DNA from: a bacterium
GTDB lineage: Bacteria > RBG-13-61-14 > DATKZS01
Assembly (NCBI GenBank): GCA_963674965.2
Contig: CAXXFL010000005.1
Span: forward strand, 160,001 to 224,000
Direction of reading: 5' to 3'
DNA: 64,000 bases
Shown here: positions 9,172 through 19,038 of the stretch, one piece after another
How positions within the stretch are numbered: the stretch's first letter is position 1
Layout of the letters: each line of letters opens with the position of its first letter
Translations under genes and position numbers: made by a program
Notes under the pieces: generated by a model
What the model was told of the DNA's origin: nothing
Database searches by the model: none
What the model saw: only the letters and a program-made list of their open reading frames with translations

Positions 9172-9846
9172 TTGAAACGGAATTATTTCCAAAACGTCTC
9201 CGCGGTTTTATTATTCCTGGCCGTCGTATTGGCGTGTTCATGCGCGACAAAGAACAATAAAGGCGCCTCTAACCAACCGGAGGTATTAAATGAAGAACCA
9301 AAGCCGGTGCCGGCGGAGTTGAACCCGACTAAAGAACATATTGACGGGACCGCACTGTTGGCAAGTTGCGAGACCTCATATTAAACCAGGAAAGAGGACA
9401 TGGACCACGTGGCCCCTGAATTCATAGAAAAACTCAATGAATCCGGTCTTTTTGAGAAAGCCTGCCTGGAGAGTGACAACAAGGCGCAAAACGGCGATCA
9501 AGAGTACAAGATATCGATATGGTACAACCTCGACACGGACTTTGACAATAAGGACATGGCGGGAAACGTCGCAACTGCGGCCCTGGTCGGAGGGTTGACG
9601 CTTGGAGTTGTGGACCTCAGCAAGACGAATGCATTGGAAAACTCCTTCACTTCCACTGGGCAAATGAGGGCTGAAGTAATATCTCCGAGCGGCGAAAATC
9701 GCCAATATGTCTCGGAATGGAAGGAGCAAGGAACGTCGAAAGGCAATGACCCCGAATGTTTCAGGCGTGCTTACGCCTCGATTCTCGATCAATGCTCGAT
9801 CGGCATTATTAACCAAATAGCAAAAGATGCCCAATTGGAGAAGTAG
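9172..9846 (+). pseudogene. Lipoprotein interrupted by an in-frame TAA at 9382-9384
   Basis: ORFs 9172-9384 (lipobox LACSC, AGGAGG upstream) and 9400-9846 are in the same frame, separated only by TAA-ACC-AGG-AAA-GAG-GAC. Confidence 0.55.
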
Positions 9847-10243
9847 TTCGGGGACAATCTTCCGTTGCAAGTCCATAAATGGAAGAAGGGTTGAAAAAAG
9901 GTAGAAGAAATTCATAAACGAGGTTTGGCGTAAAACATTCATGGGAGGACAGACCGCCAGGTCGAAAAAACAGTTTTGCCAATTGTAGTTATTTTTTTTC
10001 GTAACATGCGCGGACGCCCTCTCGCCATCTCCTGGTGAAAAGCCAAAAAAGAAGACACTATCGATCAAAAGGCAAGTAACCTGAAATCATCCGGTCCATG
10101 CGAACTGGAGAAATCTCAGATGGCTAATCAATGGTATATCGACAAGGTGAATTTTGACTCGATTAAATTTTAACAAATGGCAAATTGTCTGCCGATAGAC
10201 AATTAACGAGAACAAAACAACGTGCATGGGAGGAGAGGATTAA

Positions 10244-11071
10244 GTGAAGAAAAAAAGTCTATATATTTTTCTGTTGTCCGCGTTTTTAATTTCTTCCGCG
10301 GCTCTTGCGGGTAAAATCCATAAGTCCGCAATAAAAGGCGATACTCGAAAAGTTGAAAAAATACTTGACAAAACTCCAGAAGAGGCCAACGCGAAGGACG
10401 AGGCGGGCAATTGTCCCTTGCATATTGCCGCAGAGTATGGACACGATGAAATTGTAAAGGTCCTTCTTGCAAAGGGAGCGGATGTAAACGCCATCGGAAA
10501 AAACGGCAACACTCCATTAAACGTCGCCGCGAAGATGGGCAAACTGGAGATAGCACAAATTCTACTATCGAATGGAGCGGATATAGCCGCGGAAGATACA
10601 AAAGGGCTTTCTCCGTTGCAGGCGGCCTTGATATTGGAAAGATGGGACGTTGCTCTTCTTCTTCTCCAAAAGGGGGCGGACGCGAAAAAACCGGACCTGA
10701 ATGGTTGGACCCCGTTACATTTCGCCGCTAAATACGGCAGGGTGAAACTGGCCGAGGAATTGATAGGAAAAGGAGTTGACATAAACGCGAAAAACAATGA
10801 AGGCCGAACGCCTTTGCAACTTACGTCATGCTCCCTCAAGCATGGAATGGCTCTAAAGGAAGTGGAGGACTGCGTAGGATCGCTTTCTATATTTGCCGAT
10901 CCTTGCGGCATGAGCAACGGGCCGTTGACTCTAAAGACCAACTCGGGAGAATTCGGCTTTGACCGATCATGCCGTTTAACTTCATGGCCAAAAACAATAC
11001 CCACCGTAATTAATACACCGGATCAAAAGGCCGCGGCCGAACTTCTTATTAAAAATGGAGCGACGAAATGA
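10244..11071 (+). CDS. Secreted ankyrin-repeat protein
   Basis: Signal peptide; repeats GNCPLHIAA, GNTPLNVAA, GLSPLQAA, GWTPLHFAA and GRTPLQL, each followed by LLxxGAD-type ends. Confidence 0.9.
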   Translation: MKKKSLYIFLLSAFLISSAALAGKIHKSAIKGDTRKVEKILDKTPEEANAKDEAGNCPLHIAAEYGHDEIVKVLLAKGADVNAIGKNGNTPLNVAAKMGKLEIAQILLSNGADIAAEDTKGLSPLQAALILERWDVALLLLQKGADAKKPDLNGWTPLHFAAKYGRVKLAEELIGKGVDINAKNNEGRTPLQLTSCSLKHGMALKEVEDCVGSLSIFADPCGMSNGPLTLKTNSGEFGFDRSCRLTSWPKTIPTVINTPDQKAAAELLIKNGATK

Positions 11072-11116
11072 ATTTACCCCACTTCACCATAAGGTCAATA
11101 TTATTGGAGGTAAGAG

Positions 11117-12286
11117 ATGAAAAGTATAAAGTGTTTTTTATTCTTTGTGGCGTTGGCCGCCCTGGCGGCTTCCTCGATCGGGTTCGCCCAGGAAGACGCC
11201 GGTCAAGATGACGGGAAGGCCCTGATTTACGTAGTAAACGCGGGCGTGCCTCAGACTGAGCTAAGTATTGACGGTCGGACGGCTTGCCGTCTTTACGGCA
11301 AAAATTACGCGATGGTGGAGATAAAGGCCGGTCAGCGCCAGGTGCAGGTTAAAAACCTTTCAACGCCTGACGTGGCTGCCGCGAGCCTGGAATTAGGCCC
11401 GGGCGAGACTAAGTACCTCCTGCTCTATTGGGATATTAAGGCCAAGAAGCTTATCCTGAAAGAGGTGGCAGAGGCCGAGGTAGAAAAGGCGCTGCGCAAA
11501 AACAAGCCTTCTGGCCAGTGCCTTGTAAATTTAGTGCCCTACCCGAAAATAGAAGACAGGGAAATGGCCGTCTTGGCAGCCGGCGAACCCCGGCCAAAAT
11601 ACTTGAGCGACGAATATATCAACATGTCCAGGTCCGTGGCGTCTGACGTGCTGAAGAACGCTCAGTCATCAATGGCGCGCGCCAGCGGTCCCGTGCCCAC
11701 TCAGAATTCCTCGCAACAGGCCGCCGCGCAGGGGGCCGCGGCGCTGGTGGTGGCTCTGGGCACGGTGGTGGCCGGAGAAATCGCCGACGACGCCAAGGAG
11801 AGGAAAGTCGAAAAAGCCATGAAAGAATCTCTCGAGACCTACGATTTTTCCAAGTCGATGGCGGAAAGGATGGACGATACGCTTTCCGCGAACAACCGGG
11901 TAAAACGCTTCTGCGTGGAAGGAGAGACCGGCGAAGAAGGAGGATGCATTCCCTTTTCGGGCGTCGAGGACTTTAAAAGCAATTACCCCGGCAAACTGAT
12001 CCTGGTCGTCCGGCCCGGAAGCCTTATGGTCCATAAAGGAAGCGGATACCTCGAGATGGAAGTGGGCGTTTACGACCTTGAAAAGCAGGACGCAATCTAC
12101 TTCGGGACCACCAGCGCGGCGACTAGCGGAGGCGGGACCCAGAGCTTCGACCAGGTTGCCGACGCCCTTATCGAGTCGGCCGCCGTCAACCTTTCGGCCT
12201 GCCTGGCCGGCGAGGATAATTGCGTGATGCAATTTCCCATCCAGCGTTCGAGCCTGGAGGAGATGATTGGCTCCAGCAAGGAATAG
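11117..12286 (+). CDS. Secreted protein with DUF2846-like N-terminal domain and an unknown C-terminal domain
   Basis: Signal peptide ending GFA-QE; KALIYVV...IDG...L.GKNY...GETKY pattern typical of DUF2846; GGAGG SD. Confidence 0.65.
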   Translation: MKSIKCFLFFVALAALAASSIGFAQEDAGQDDGKALIYVVNAGVPQTELSIDGRTACRLYGKNYAMVEIKAGQRQVQVKNLSTPDVAAASLELGPGETKYLLLYWDIKAKKLILKEVAEAEVEKALRKNKPSGQCLVNLVPYPKIEDREMAVLAAGEPRPKYLSDEYINMSRSVASDVLKNAQSSMARASGPVPTQNSSQQAAAQGAAALVVALGTVVAGEIADDAKERKVEKAMKESLETYDFSKSMAERMDDTLSANNRVKRFCVEGETGEEGGCIPFSGVEDFKSNYPGKLILVVRPGSLMVHKGSGYLEMEVGVYDLEKQDAIYFGTTSAATSGGGTQSFDQVADALIESAAVNLSACLAGEDNCVMQFPIQRSSLEEMIGSSKE

Positions 12287-12367
12287 CCTTACGGCAATGG
12301 CGCGTTAGCGAAATTACTTTTAGCGTCTTTATTAAACGAAAAACACGATCTAGAGGAGGAAGACTTC

Positions 12368-12691
12368 ATGAAAATTGGAAGTATTTATGGAAAGGCGCTG
12401 GCGGCGTTATGGGCGTTCGGCTTGGCCTTTTGCGTCGGGTTCGGTTGTTCCGATGATGACGGTGGTGGCTCGGGCGGGTCCAATTGGATGCAGGTCGAGT
12501 GCGCCGACGGAGCCGATAAGATGCGGCTCCTATGCGAGGAGGATGGCATTACCGAGGCGGCCATACATAATTTCAAATTGAACTGCTACGCCTATTACCT
12601 TGAAGACCCCGTTGCGACGGCTGACGTTCTGGGATGCATCGAGAACGCCGCCAGTTGCGACTACGCCCTCGACGTTTGCCTGGCTGATTGA
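12368..12691 (+). CDS. Small cysteine-rich lipoprotein
   Basis: Lipobox GFGC-SDDD, Gly linker, six further Cys; GGAGGA SD. Confidence 0.65.
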   Translation: MKIGSIYGKALAALWAFGLAFCVGFGCSDDDGGGSGGSNWMQVECADGADKMRLLCEEDGITEAAIHNFKLNCYAYYLEDPVATADVLGCIENAASCDYALDVCLAD

Positions 12692-12830
12692 TGCAGCGGG
12701 AAAAAAGACAGCTAAAGCCGGACCGCGAGGCCCGGCGCGTGGGCGTTGGCCAGCCGTTGGGCAATGGAAGGGGCGGTAATTTCAATCGCTCGTGACGATC
12801 TTTACTGGATGATGAAGGGAGAAAAACCGA

Positions 12831-13568
12831 ATGACCAAGGAAATAACAAGGTTCGTTGCCGCCGCGGTGATTGGTACCATCGCGTTGGTCTTTTTGTCTT
12901 TAGGCTGCAGTGGTGGAGGCGGCGACGATCCCCCGGCGGACGTCGAGAAGGAATATTATATGACGGGCTTCACCTATTACAGGTGGGACGGCTTGAACTA
13001 TTCGAGCTTTGAGATTTACATGACATACGATGATGACGATCGAGTTTATTACATCACCACGCCTAAGGCCGTATCCACCGTGACTTTCGATGAGGACGGG
13101 AAAGAATTGACTTTCGAGACGAGCGCTCCGGCGACTTACGCCTTCATTTACGACGGGAGCGGCAAATGCGTAGGATGGAACAAAACCGGCGGTCTCTCCG
13201 CCGCGTGGACTTACGATGGATCAGGAAAACTTGTCAGAGTCGACCTGAACGACGGAAGATATTTCACCTATTCTTATGACGCCTCGGGTGAGGTCGAGTC
13301 GATAGACTTTTATCCGGAGGCGAACTGGGACATCGACTGGAAAGATTTCACCAATTCCTCCGGCCTTCCCGTCAGGCTCGACAGGGAAGATGGGTGGTGG
13401 GCGACGGCCCAATACGACTCGAACGGCAATTTGGACAGGATTGACGATTCGTCCGGCGACTACTACGTATTCCATCACCAGAAGATGGCCAAGAAAAATT
13501 GGTACACCGACCGCCCGCCCTACAGGTGGCTCCTGGATTCGGAACTGGTCGATGAGGTGTATCATTGA
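12831..13568 (+). CDS. Lipoprotein with YD/RHS-like repeats
   Basis: Lipobox SLGC; repeats TYDDDDR, YDGSGK (x2), YSYDASGE and YDSNGNL. Confidence 0.75.
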   Translation: MTKEITRFVAAAVIGTIALVFLSLGCSGGGGDDPPADVEKEYYMTGFTYYRWDGLNYSSFEIYMTYDDDDRVYYITTPKAVSTVTFDEDGKELTFETSAPATYAFIYDGSGKCVGWNKTGGLSAAWTYDGSGKLVRVDLNDGRYFTYSYDASGEVESIDFYPEANWDIDWKDFTNSSGLPVRLDREDGWWATAQYDSNGNLDRIDDSSGDYYVFHHQKMAKKNWYTDRPPYRWLLDSELVDEVYH

Positions 13569-13687
13569 CCGATGAGCCAAGGAAAGGCATTTATTGAACG
13601 GAACGGCGCTCTTCATAAGCCATTGACGCGTTAATCGTTGAAAGGGGATGCTTTAATATCACGGGCCAATACTGCCACGGATAGGAG

Positions 13688-14947
13688 TTAGCCTTTGAAA
13701 GAAGACATGGCCTGGCGGTAAAGATCGAGGGTCCTCGCGGCGGCGGCGTCCCAGGTGAAGACCGAGCGGGCCCTCTCGAGGCCGGCCTTGGACGTCCGGG
13801 CGCGGAGGGAGGCGTCGGCGTCCAGCTTGAGGACGGCGCGTTGGATCGCTGACGCGCTCCGGGGGGGGACCATCTCGGCCGCGGCGCCGCACACCTCGGG
13901 CAGTGCCCCCGCCTGGGTCGAGATGAGCGGGGAGCCGCAGGCCATGGCCTCGAGGGCGGGCAGGCCGAAGCCCTCGAAGAGGGACGGCACGATCGTCATC
14001 TCGGCCCGGCCGTATTCCAGGCGAAGCTCATCATTCGTTATCTTGTCCTTGAATATAACGCGCCCCGTGAGGCCGAGCCGGCTCACCAGGTTAGCGGCGT
14101 AAACGCGGCCCGGATAGCGGCGGCCGTCCACCACGGTCAGCCAAAACCGATCGGGCGGCAGGCCGGCCAGGGCGCGGAGAAGATAGGCGATCCCCTTCTT
14201 GCGGTCCTCCGTGCTGCCCACGAAAAGAAGGGCGCCGCGCTCCCGCTCCAGGCCGGGCGTGGGCCGGAAAAAATCCGAGTCCACCCCGTTGTAAACGACC
14301 TCCATTTGGGTCTTGTCCAGGCCATAGGCCCGGGCGATGAGGTCGCGGGAAAAGGCGCTTACCGTTACGATCCGGTCGAGACTTTTGGCCACCAGGCCCT
14401 GCATGACGGGAGGGTAATAAACGGTCCTTTTAAACTTGGCCGCCAACCCCTCGGTTTGAAGCACGTCCTCGGCCCGGTCCACCTGAAGGGGATGGTGGAT
14501 GGTCGCCAGCACCGGAACGCCAAGAAGCCGGATCAGGGGAAGGCCGTATCCCAGCCCCTGGTTGTCGTGGACCACGTCGATGGGATCGGCAAGGTGGAGG
14601 CGCCTCAGCAGCCCGAAGCACCGGAGGCTGAAGGCCATCATCTCGGGGTTCGAGCCGGCGCGGGCCAGCGTGTACTCGGCCAGGTTGAGAGGCGAGAACA
14701 CGGAAAGGGGGGAATCGACCGGAAGACTCGAGGCCCCCTTGTTGATGAAGTTGTGGTTGGGCACGCGGACGTTCCTGGCGCCTTCCACCTCGTCGTGCCA
14801 TGGCGGTCCCGAGACCACCGTGACCCTTGCCCCCGCCTTAATGAGCGCCCTGGCCAGGTTGACGAGATAGACTCCCTGTCCCCCGCAGAACATGTTGCCC
14901 CGGTAGCTGAGGAGGGCCACGTGGAGTCCTGGTCCGTTTCCGCCCAT
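13688..14947 (-). CDS. Glycosyltransferase family 4
   Basis: LLSYRGNMFCGGQGVY, HDNQ, VYNGVD and PSLFEGFGLPALEAMACG motifs. Confidence 0.9.
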   Translation of the reverse strand: MGGNGPGLHVALLSYRGNMFCGGQGVYLVNLARALIKAGARVTVVSGPPWHDEVEGARNVRVPNHNFINKGASSLPVDSPLSVFSPLNLAEYTLARAGSNPEMMAFSLRCFGLLRRLHLADPIDVVHDNQGLGYGLPLIRLLGVPVLATIHHPLQVDRAEDVLQTEGLAAKFKRTVYYPPVMQGLVAKSLDRIVTVSAFSRDLIARAYGLDKTQMEVVYNGVDSDFFRPTPGLERERGALLFVGSTEDRKKGIAYLLRALAGLPPDRFWLTVVDGRRYPGRVYAANLVSRLGLTGRVIFKDKITNDELRLEYGRAEMTIVPSLFEGFGLPALEAMACGSPLISTQAGALPEVCGAAAEMVPPRSASAIQRAVLKLDADASLRARTSKAGLERARSVFTWDAAAARTLDLYRQAMSSFKG

Positions 14948-15069
14948 CTTTTCAACATATCATGGAACGGTCCCATCTTTTAGCGCGAGGCGCGTATCGA
15001 GAGTATATTTGTTTTTTCCAGCTTAAAAGTTCGCGCAAGTGATGCTACAATCCGGGCAAGGAGGGAGTC

Positions 15070-15723
15070 ATGCCGTCACGTTTTCCGGTCATGCTCGATA
15101 TAGCCGACAAGCTATGCGTGGTTATTGGGGGGGGCAAGGTCGCGGCCCGCAAAGTTCGAGACCTTTGCCGTATCGGGGCCATGGTCAGGGTGATAAGCCC
15201 CGAGGTCGCCCCGCCGATAGGCGAGCTTTTCGAGAAGGACCTGGTCGGCTGGGAGCCGAGGTCCTACAAGCAGGGGGACCTGGCCGGGGCCTTCTTGTGC
15301 GTGGCGGCCACGGGCGACCGGGAGGTCAACGCCGAGGTCCAGCACGAGGCCGCGGTGAGGCGGGTGCTGATTAACGTGGTTGACGACCCCGAGGCCTCGG
15401 ACTATCACGTTCCCAGCTTTTTCGAGGACGGTCCCCTCCTGGTGGCCGTCAGCACCCGGGGCGCAAGCCCGGCCGTCTCGAGGACGTTGAGGAGGATGAT
15501 CCAGGCCTGGGTCGGCGGCAACCTGGGCCCGGCCCTCGAGATCGTGAACCGCTTCCGGGAGGATGTGGTCAAGGAAAAGGTGCGCGACCCGGGCGACCGG
15601 GTGAGGTTCTGGGAAGAGGCCGTGAACGCGGACTTGCTCGAGGAAGTAAGGACCAAGGGGACCGCCGGATTGGAGCAAGGTCTCGAGAGGGCCCTGGATA
15701 AATTCCTGGCCGGAAACGAATAG
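15070..15723 (+). CDS. sirC: Precorrin-2 dehydrogenase/sirohydrochlorin ferrochelatase (SirC/CysG N-terminal type)
   Basis: FPVMLD, VIGGGKVAARK, NVVDDP and AVSTRGASP motifs. Confidence 0.8.
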   Translation: MPSRFPVMLDIADKLCVVIGGGKVAARKVRDLCRIGAMVRVISPEVAPPIGELFEKDLVGWEPRSYKQGDLAGAFLCVAATGDREVNAEVQHEAAVRRVLINVVDDPEASDYHVPSFFEDGPLLVAVSTRGASPAVSRTLRRMIQAWVGGNLGPALEIVNRFREDVVKEKVRDPGDRVRFWEEAVNADLLEEVRTKGTAGLEQGLERALDKFLAGNE

Positions 15724-15784
15724 GATTTGTACCCACCGCTACCCGGCGGCCAGGATGGCCTCGACCCCGTTTGGGCCGCCGGGC

Positions 15785-15813
15785 TTTACACGCGGGGGGG
15801 CATGGGTTATTAT
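15785..15813 (+). promoter_or_regulatory. Putative greA promoter
   Basis: TTTACA (15785-15790), 17 bp spacer, TATTAT (15808-15813). Confidence 0.45.
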
Positions 15814-15823
15814 TTAATGTATG

Positions 15824-15851
15824 AAAAGGGGGCCGGACCAAGGCCCCTTTT
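15824..15851 (+). terminator. Terminator-like hairpin upstream of greA
   Basis: AAAAGGGGGCC-GGACCAA-GGCCCCTTTT. Confidence 0.5.
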
Positions 15852-15880
15852 GGTATAGTGGACAAGGAGGTTTGGGTACC

Positions 15881-16363
15881 GTGAGCAGTGACAGGGAACC
15901 CATGACGCCGGCGGGACACGCGGCGTTAAAGGAAAAACTAAAGGATTACAAAGAAGTGCAGATGCCGAAGATTTCCAAGGAAATCGGCGCGGCCCGCGAG
16001 CTTGGCGACCTTTCGGAGAACGCCGAGTACCACGCGGCCAAGGAAAAGCAAGGCATCCTGGCGGCCCACATCCGGGACATGGAGGACAAGCTCTCGAGGG
16101 CCGAGATAATAGACCCGGCCAGACTCTCGGGCAGCAAGGTCATATTCGGGGCCATGGTGACCCTGGAGGACGACGACACCGGCGAGGAGCAGACCTTCCA
16201 GATCGTGGGCCAGGACGAAGCCAACTCGAAGGAAAACAAGATATCTTATACGGCGCCCCTGGCCCGGTCCATCATCGGCAAGGAGGAGGACGACGAGGTG
16301 GTCGTGCAGACGCCGCGGGGCAAGAAAAACTACGTGATCGTCAAGGTGGAATACAAGGCTTGA
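15881..16363 (+). CDS. greA: Transcription elongation factor GreA
   Basis: ARELGDLSENAEYHAAKEKQ, IVGQDEA and ISYTAPLARSIIGK motifs; AGGAGG upstream of GTG 15881. Confidence 0.95.
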   Translation: MSSDREPMTPAGHAALKEKLKDYKEVQMPKISKEIGAARELGDLSENAEYHAAKEKQGILAAHIRDMEDKLSRAEIIDPARLSGSKVIFGAMVTLEDDDTGEEQTFQIVGQDEANSKENKISYTAPLARSIIGKEEDDEVVVQTPRGKKNYVIVKVEYKA

Positions 16364-16405
16364 TTTCAGGGCCCTTTTCACCCGGTCGCGCCAAGAGGTT
16401 TTATA

Positions 16406-16609
16406 GTGTCCAAGATAAAATCGGGCTCCAAGATAAAGGACGTCATATCGGAGCATCCCGAGGTCAAGGACGTCCTTAAAAGGCACGGCATGATGTGCGT
16501 CAACTGCAAGGGCTTCTCGGCCGAGACCCTGCGCAACGCCGCCAACAACCACGGCGTACCCCTCGCCCGGCTCATCGATGAAATCGAGGGGGCCATAACC
16601 AAGGGCTGA
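16406..16609 (+). CDS. DUF1858-like small CxxC protein
   Basis: I..VISEHPEVKDVL.RHGMMCVNC...AETL..AA..HG pattern; stop overlaps the recG start. Confidence 0.75.
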   Translation: MSKIKSGSKIKDVISEHPEVKDVLKRHGMMCVNCKGFSAETLRNAANNHGVPLARLIDEIEGAITKG

Positions 16610-19038
16610 TGGCCCCGCCGCCCAAGCCCGATCTTTTTGCAAGGCTCCGGAAGCCTCTCGAGTACGCCGGGGGCCTCAGCCCCGAACGACTCTCAAGAAT
16701 CCCCGACCTGGGCGCCAACCTTATTTCCATCCTCGGCTCCGCCTCGATCGAGCACCGCCGATTCGACGACTTCAAAAAACTGTGCGTGGGCCTGGACGGG
16801 CTTTCCGGCCGGGACAGGGCTTCCCGCGTCGCCGACCTGGTCCGGCTTCTGGACCTGATGGAAAAAGGACCGCAAAAAAGCGCGGAGAGTGAAAGCGCCG
16901 GCCGCGGTCTTGACGAAAAGTCGCTTGCCGACTCGTGGAAGCGGATGGCCTCGGGCGCGCAGTACGTAAAGGGCGTGGGTCCACGCCTGGCCGAGAAGTT
17001 GTCGCGTCTCGGGATCGTCACGGTTGAAGACCTGCTTTTTCATCTGCCCTCACGGTACGAGGACAGAAGGGACGTCACCGAAATAAGGGGCCTCGAGCCG
17101 GGTGAAAAGGCCGCGGTGATAGCCGAGATCATGGCGCTGGGGGCCTCCGAGCGGCGAGGGGTCGGCCGCATGTTCCACATGGCCCTGGCCGACGGGACCG
17201 GGGTCATGACCCTGGCCTGGTTCAGGTACTCGGGAGACTGGCTCGAGACCAGGTTCAAAAAGGGAGACCGCGTCATCGCCTCGGGCAAGGTGACCTCCTT
17301 TCGGGGCGAGCTGGCGATGAACCATCCCGAGGTCGAGCGGCTGGATGAGGACGATGATTTTTCCTCCTCCCCCGGCGTTCTGCCCGTGTACCCGCTTACC
17401 GAGGGGGTCCATCAAAAGACCATGAGGAAAATAGTGGCCAACGCCCTGGAGGCCCACGGGGAGGGCTTTCCCGAGACCCTTCCACCCGCCTTGATCCAAA
17501 AGCGCGGGCTGCCGGATATCGGTTCCGCCCTCCGTCTCGTCCACGCCCCGCCGGAGGACGCCGATATCGACGATTATAACCGGAGCCGGTCCGCGGCCCA
17601 CGAGCGGCTGGCCTACGAGGAATTGTTTTATCTTCAACTCGGACTGGCCCTGCGCAGGCGGGACGCCGTGGAGGAGCCCGCCCGACCCGTCCGGCCCGAC
17701 AATGACCTGGCGGCGCGTTTCCGGGCGTCCCTTCCCTTTGCTCTGACTGAGGACCAGGAGAGGACCGGCTCGGAAATCCTGGGCGACATGGCCAAAAGGG
17801 GGGCCATGCATCGCCTGCTCCAGGGCGACGTGGGATCGGGCAAGACGGTGGTGGCCATGCTGGCGGCGGCGGCGGCGGTCGGCTCGGGGGGCCAGGCGGC
17901 GGTCATGGCGCCCACGGAGATACTGGCGGAGCAGCTTTTCCGCGTGGCTCGCGAGACCCTCGAGGGTCTCGGCGTGAGGGTCGAGCTTCTTACCGGGTCG
18001 GTCAAGGGCCGGAAAAGGGAGGAGGTTTACGACGATATCGCCTCCGGCCTTGTCCAGGTGGTGGTGGGCACCCACGCCGTGATCCAGGAGAAGGTTAAGT
18101 TCAAGGCGCTGACGCTGGGCATAGTTGACGAGCAGCACCGGTTCGGGGTTGTCCAGCGCGCCAGGCTCAAGGACAAGGGCGAGGACGGAATCACTCCCCA
18201 TCTGTTGGTCATGACCGCCACGCCCATTCCCAGGACCCTGGCCATGACCGTCTACGGCGACCTGGCCGTCTCCGTCATCAGGAAGCCGCCGCCCGGCCGA
18301 AAGCCCATCGAGACCTCGGTGGTAAGGGAAAACGACCGGGCCCGCGTATACGACGAGGTGCGCCGGGAGGTCAAAAAAGGCGGCCAGGCCTACGTGGTGT
18401 ATCCTCTAGTGGAGGAATCGGAGAAGCTCGAGCTACGGGACGCGGAGTCCATGGCCGAGTTTTTCACCGAGACCTTTCCCGACCTCAAGGTCGGACTCAT
18501 ACACGGCAAGATGAAGCCCGAGGAAAAAGACGAGGCCATGCGGGGCTTCAAGTCCCGCCGGCTCGACGTGCTGGTGGCGACCACGGTGATCGAGGTGGGA
18601 ATTGACGCGCCCAACGCCTCGCTGATGGTGATCGAGCACGCCGAGCGGTTCGGACTTTCCCAGCTTCACCAGCTTCGAGGCCGGGTGGGCAGGGGCCAAA
18701 GGCGTTCCCGCTGTTTTTTAATCGCGGGCTGGACCAGGTCGGATGATTCCTGGAGGCGGCTCAAGGTTATGGAGAAAACCGCGGACGGCTTCAGGATCGC
18801 CGAGGAGGACCTGGCTTTTCGCGGTCCGGGCGAGTTTTTCGGCTCTCGTCAGTCGGGCTTGCCTGATTTTCGCGTGGCTAATATCATAAGGGACGCGGAG
18901 GTGCTCTCCCGCGCCAGGGAAGACGCCTTTTTGCTGGCCCGCGATGACCCGGGCCTTTCCCAGCCGGAGCATCGTTTCATGAGGGCGGTGCTGAAGAAGA
19001 AATGGGGAAGAAGACTCAGGCTGGGACGGGTCGGATGA
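16609..19038 (+). CDS. recG: ATP-dependent DNA helicase RecG
   Basis: RLLQGDVGSGKT, DEQHRFGVVQR, MTATPIPRTLA, LHQLRGRVGRG and DLAFRGPGEFFG motifs. Confidence 0.97.
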   Translation: MAPPPKPDLFARLRKPLEYAGGLSPERLSRIPDLGANLISILGSASIEHRRFDDFKKLCVGLDGLSGRDRASRVADLVRLLDLMEKGPQKSAESESAGRGLDEKSLADSWKRMASGAQYVKGVGPRLAEKLSRLGIVTVEDLLFHLPSRYEDRRDVTEIRGLEPGEKAAVIAEIMALGASERRGVGRMFHMALADGTGVMTLAWFRYSGDWLETRFKKGDRVIASGKVTSFRGELAMNHPEVERLDEDDDFSSSPGVLPVYPLTEGVHQKTMRKIVANALEAHGEGFPETLPPALIQKRGLPDIGSALRLVHAPPEDADIDDYNRSRSAAHERLAYEELFYLQLGLALRRRDAVEEPARPVRPDNDLAARFRASLPFALTEDQERTGSEILGDMAKRGAMHRLLQGDVGSGKTVVAMLAAAAAVGSGGQAAVMAPTEILAEQLFRVARETLEGLGVRVELLTGSVKGRKREEVYDDIASGLVQVVVGTHAVIQEKVKFKALTLGIVDEQHRFGVVQRARLKDKGEDGITPHLLVMTATPIPRTLAMTVYGDLAVSVIRKPPPGRKPIETSVVRENDRARVYDEVRREVKKGGQAYVVYPLVEESEKLELRDAESMAEFFTETFPDLKVGLIHGKMKPEEKDEAMRGFKSRRLDVLVATTVIEVGIDAPNASLMVIEHAERFGLSQLHQLRGRVGRGQRRSRCFLIAGWTRSDDSWRRLKVMEKTADGFRIAEEDLAFRGPGEFFGSRQSGLPDFRVANIIRDAEVLSRAREDAFLLARDDPGLSQPEHRFMRAVLKKKWGRRLRLGRVG

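Noticed and set aside
9850-10240. Possible decayed exported-protein gene around a T8 run (about 9960-10085)
   Set aside because: Only a short signal-peptide-like stretch with no clear start or recognisable homology; cannot be supported.
12831-13568. Rhs polymorphic toxin
   Set aside because: Only a few YD-like repeats in a 245-aa lipoprotein; no Rhs core, DPxG motif or toxin domain.
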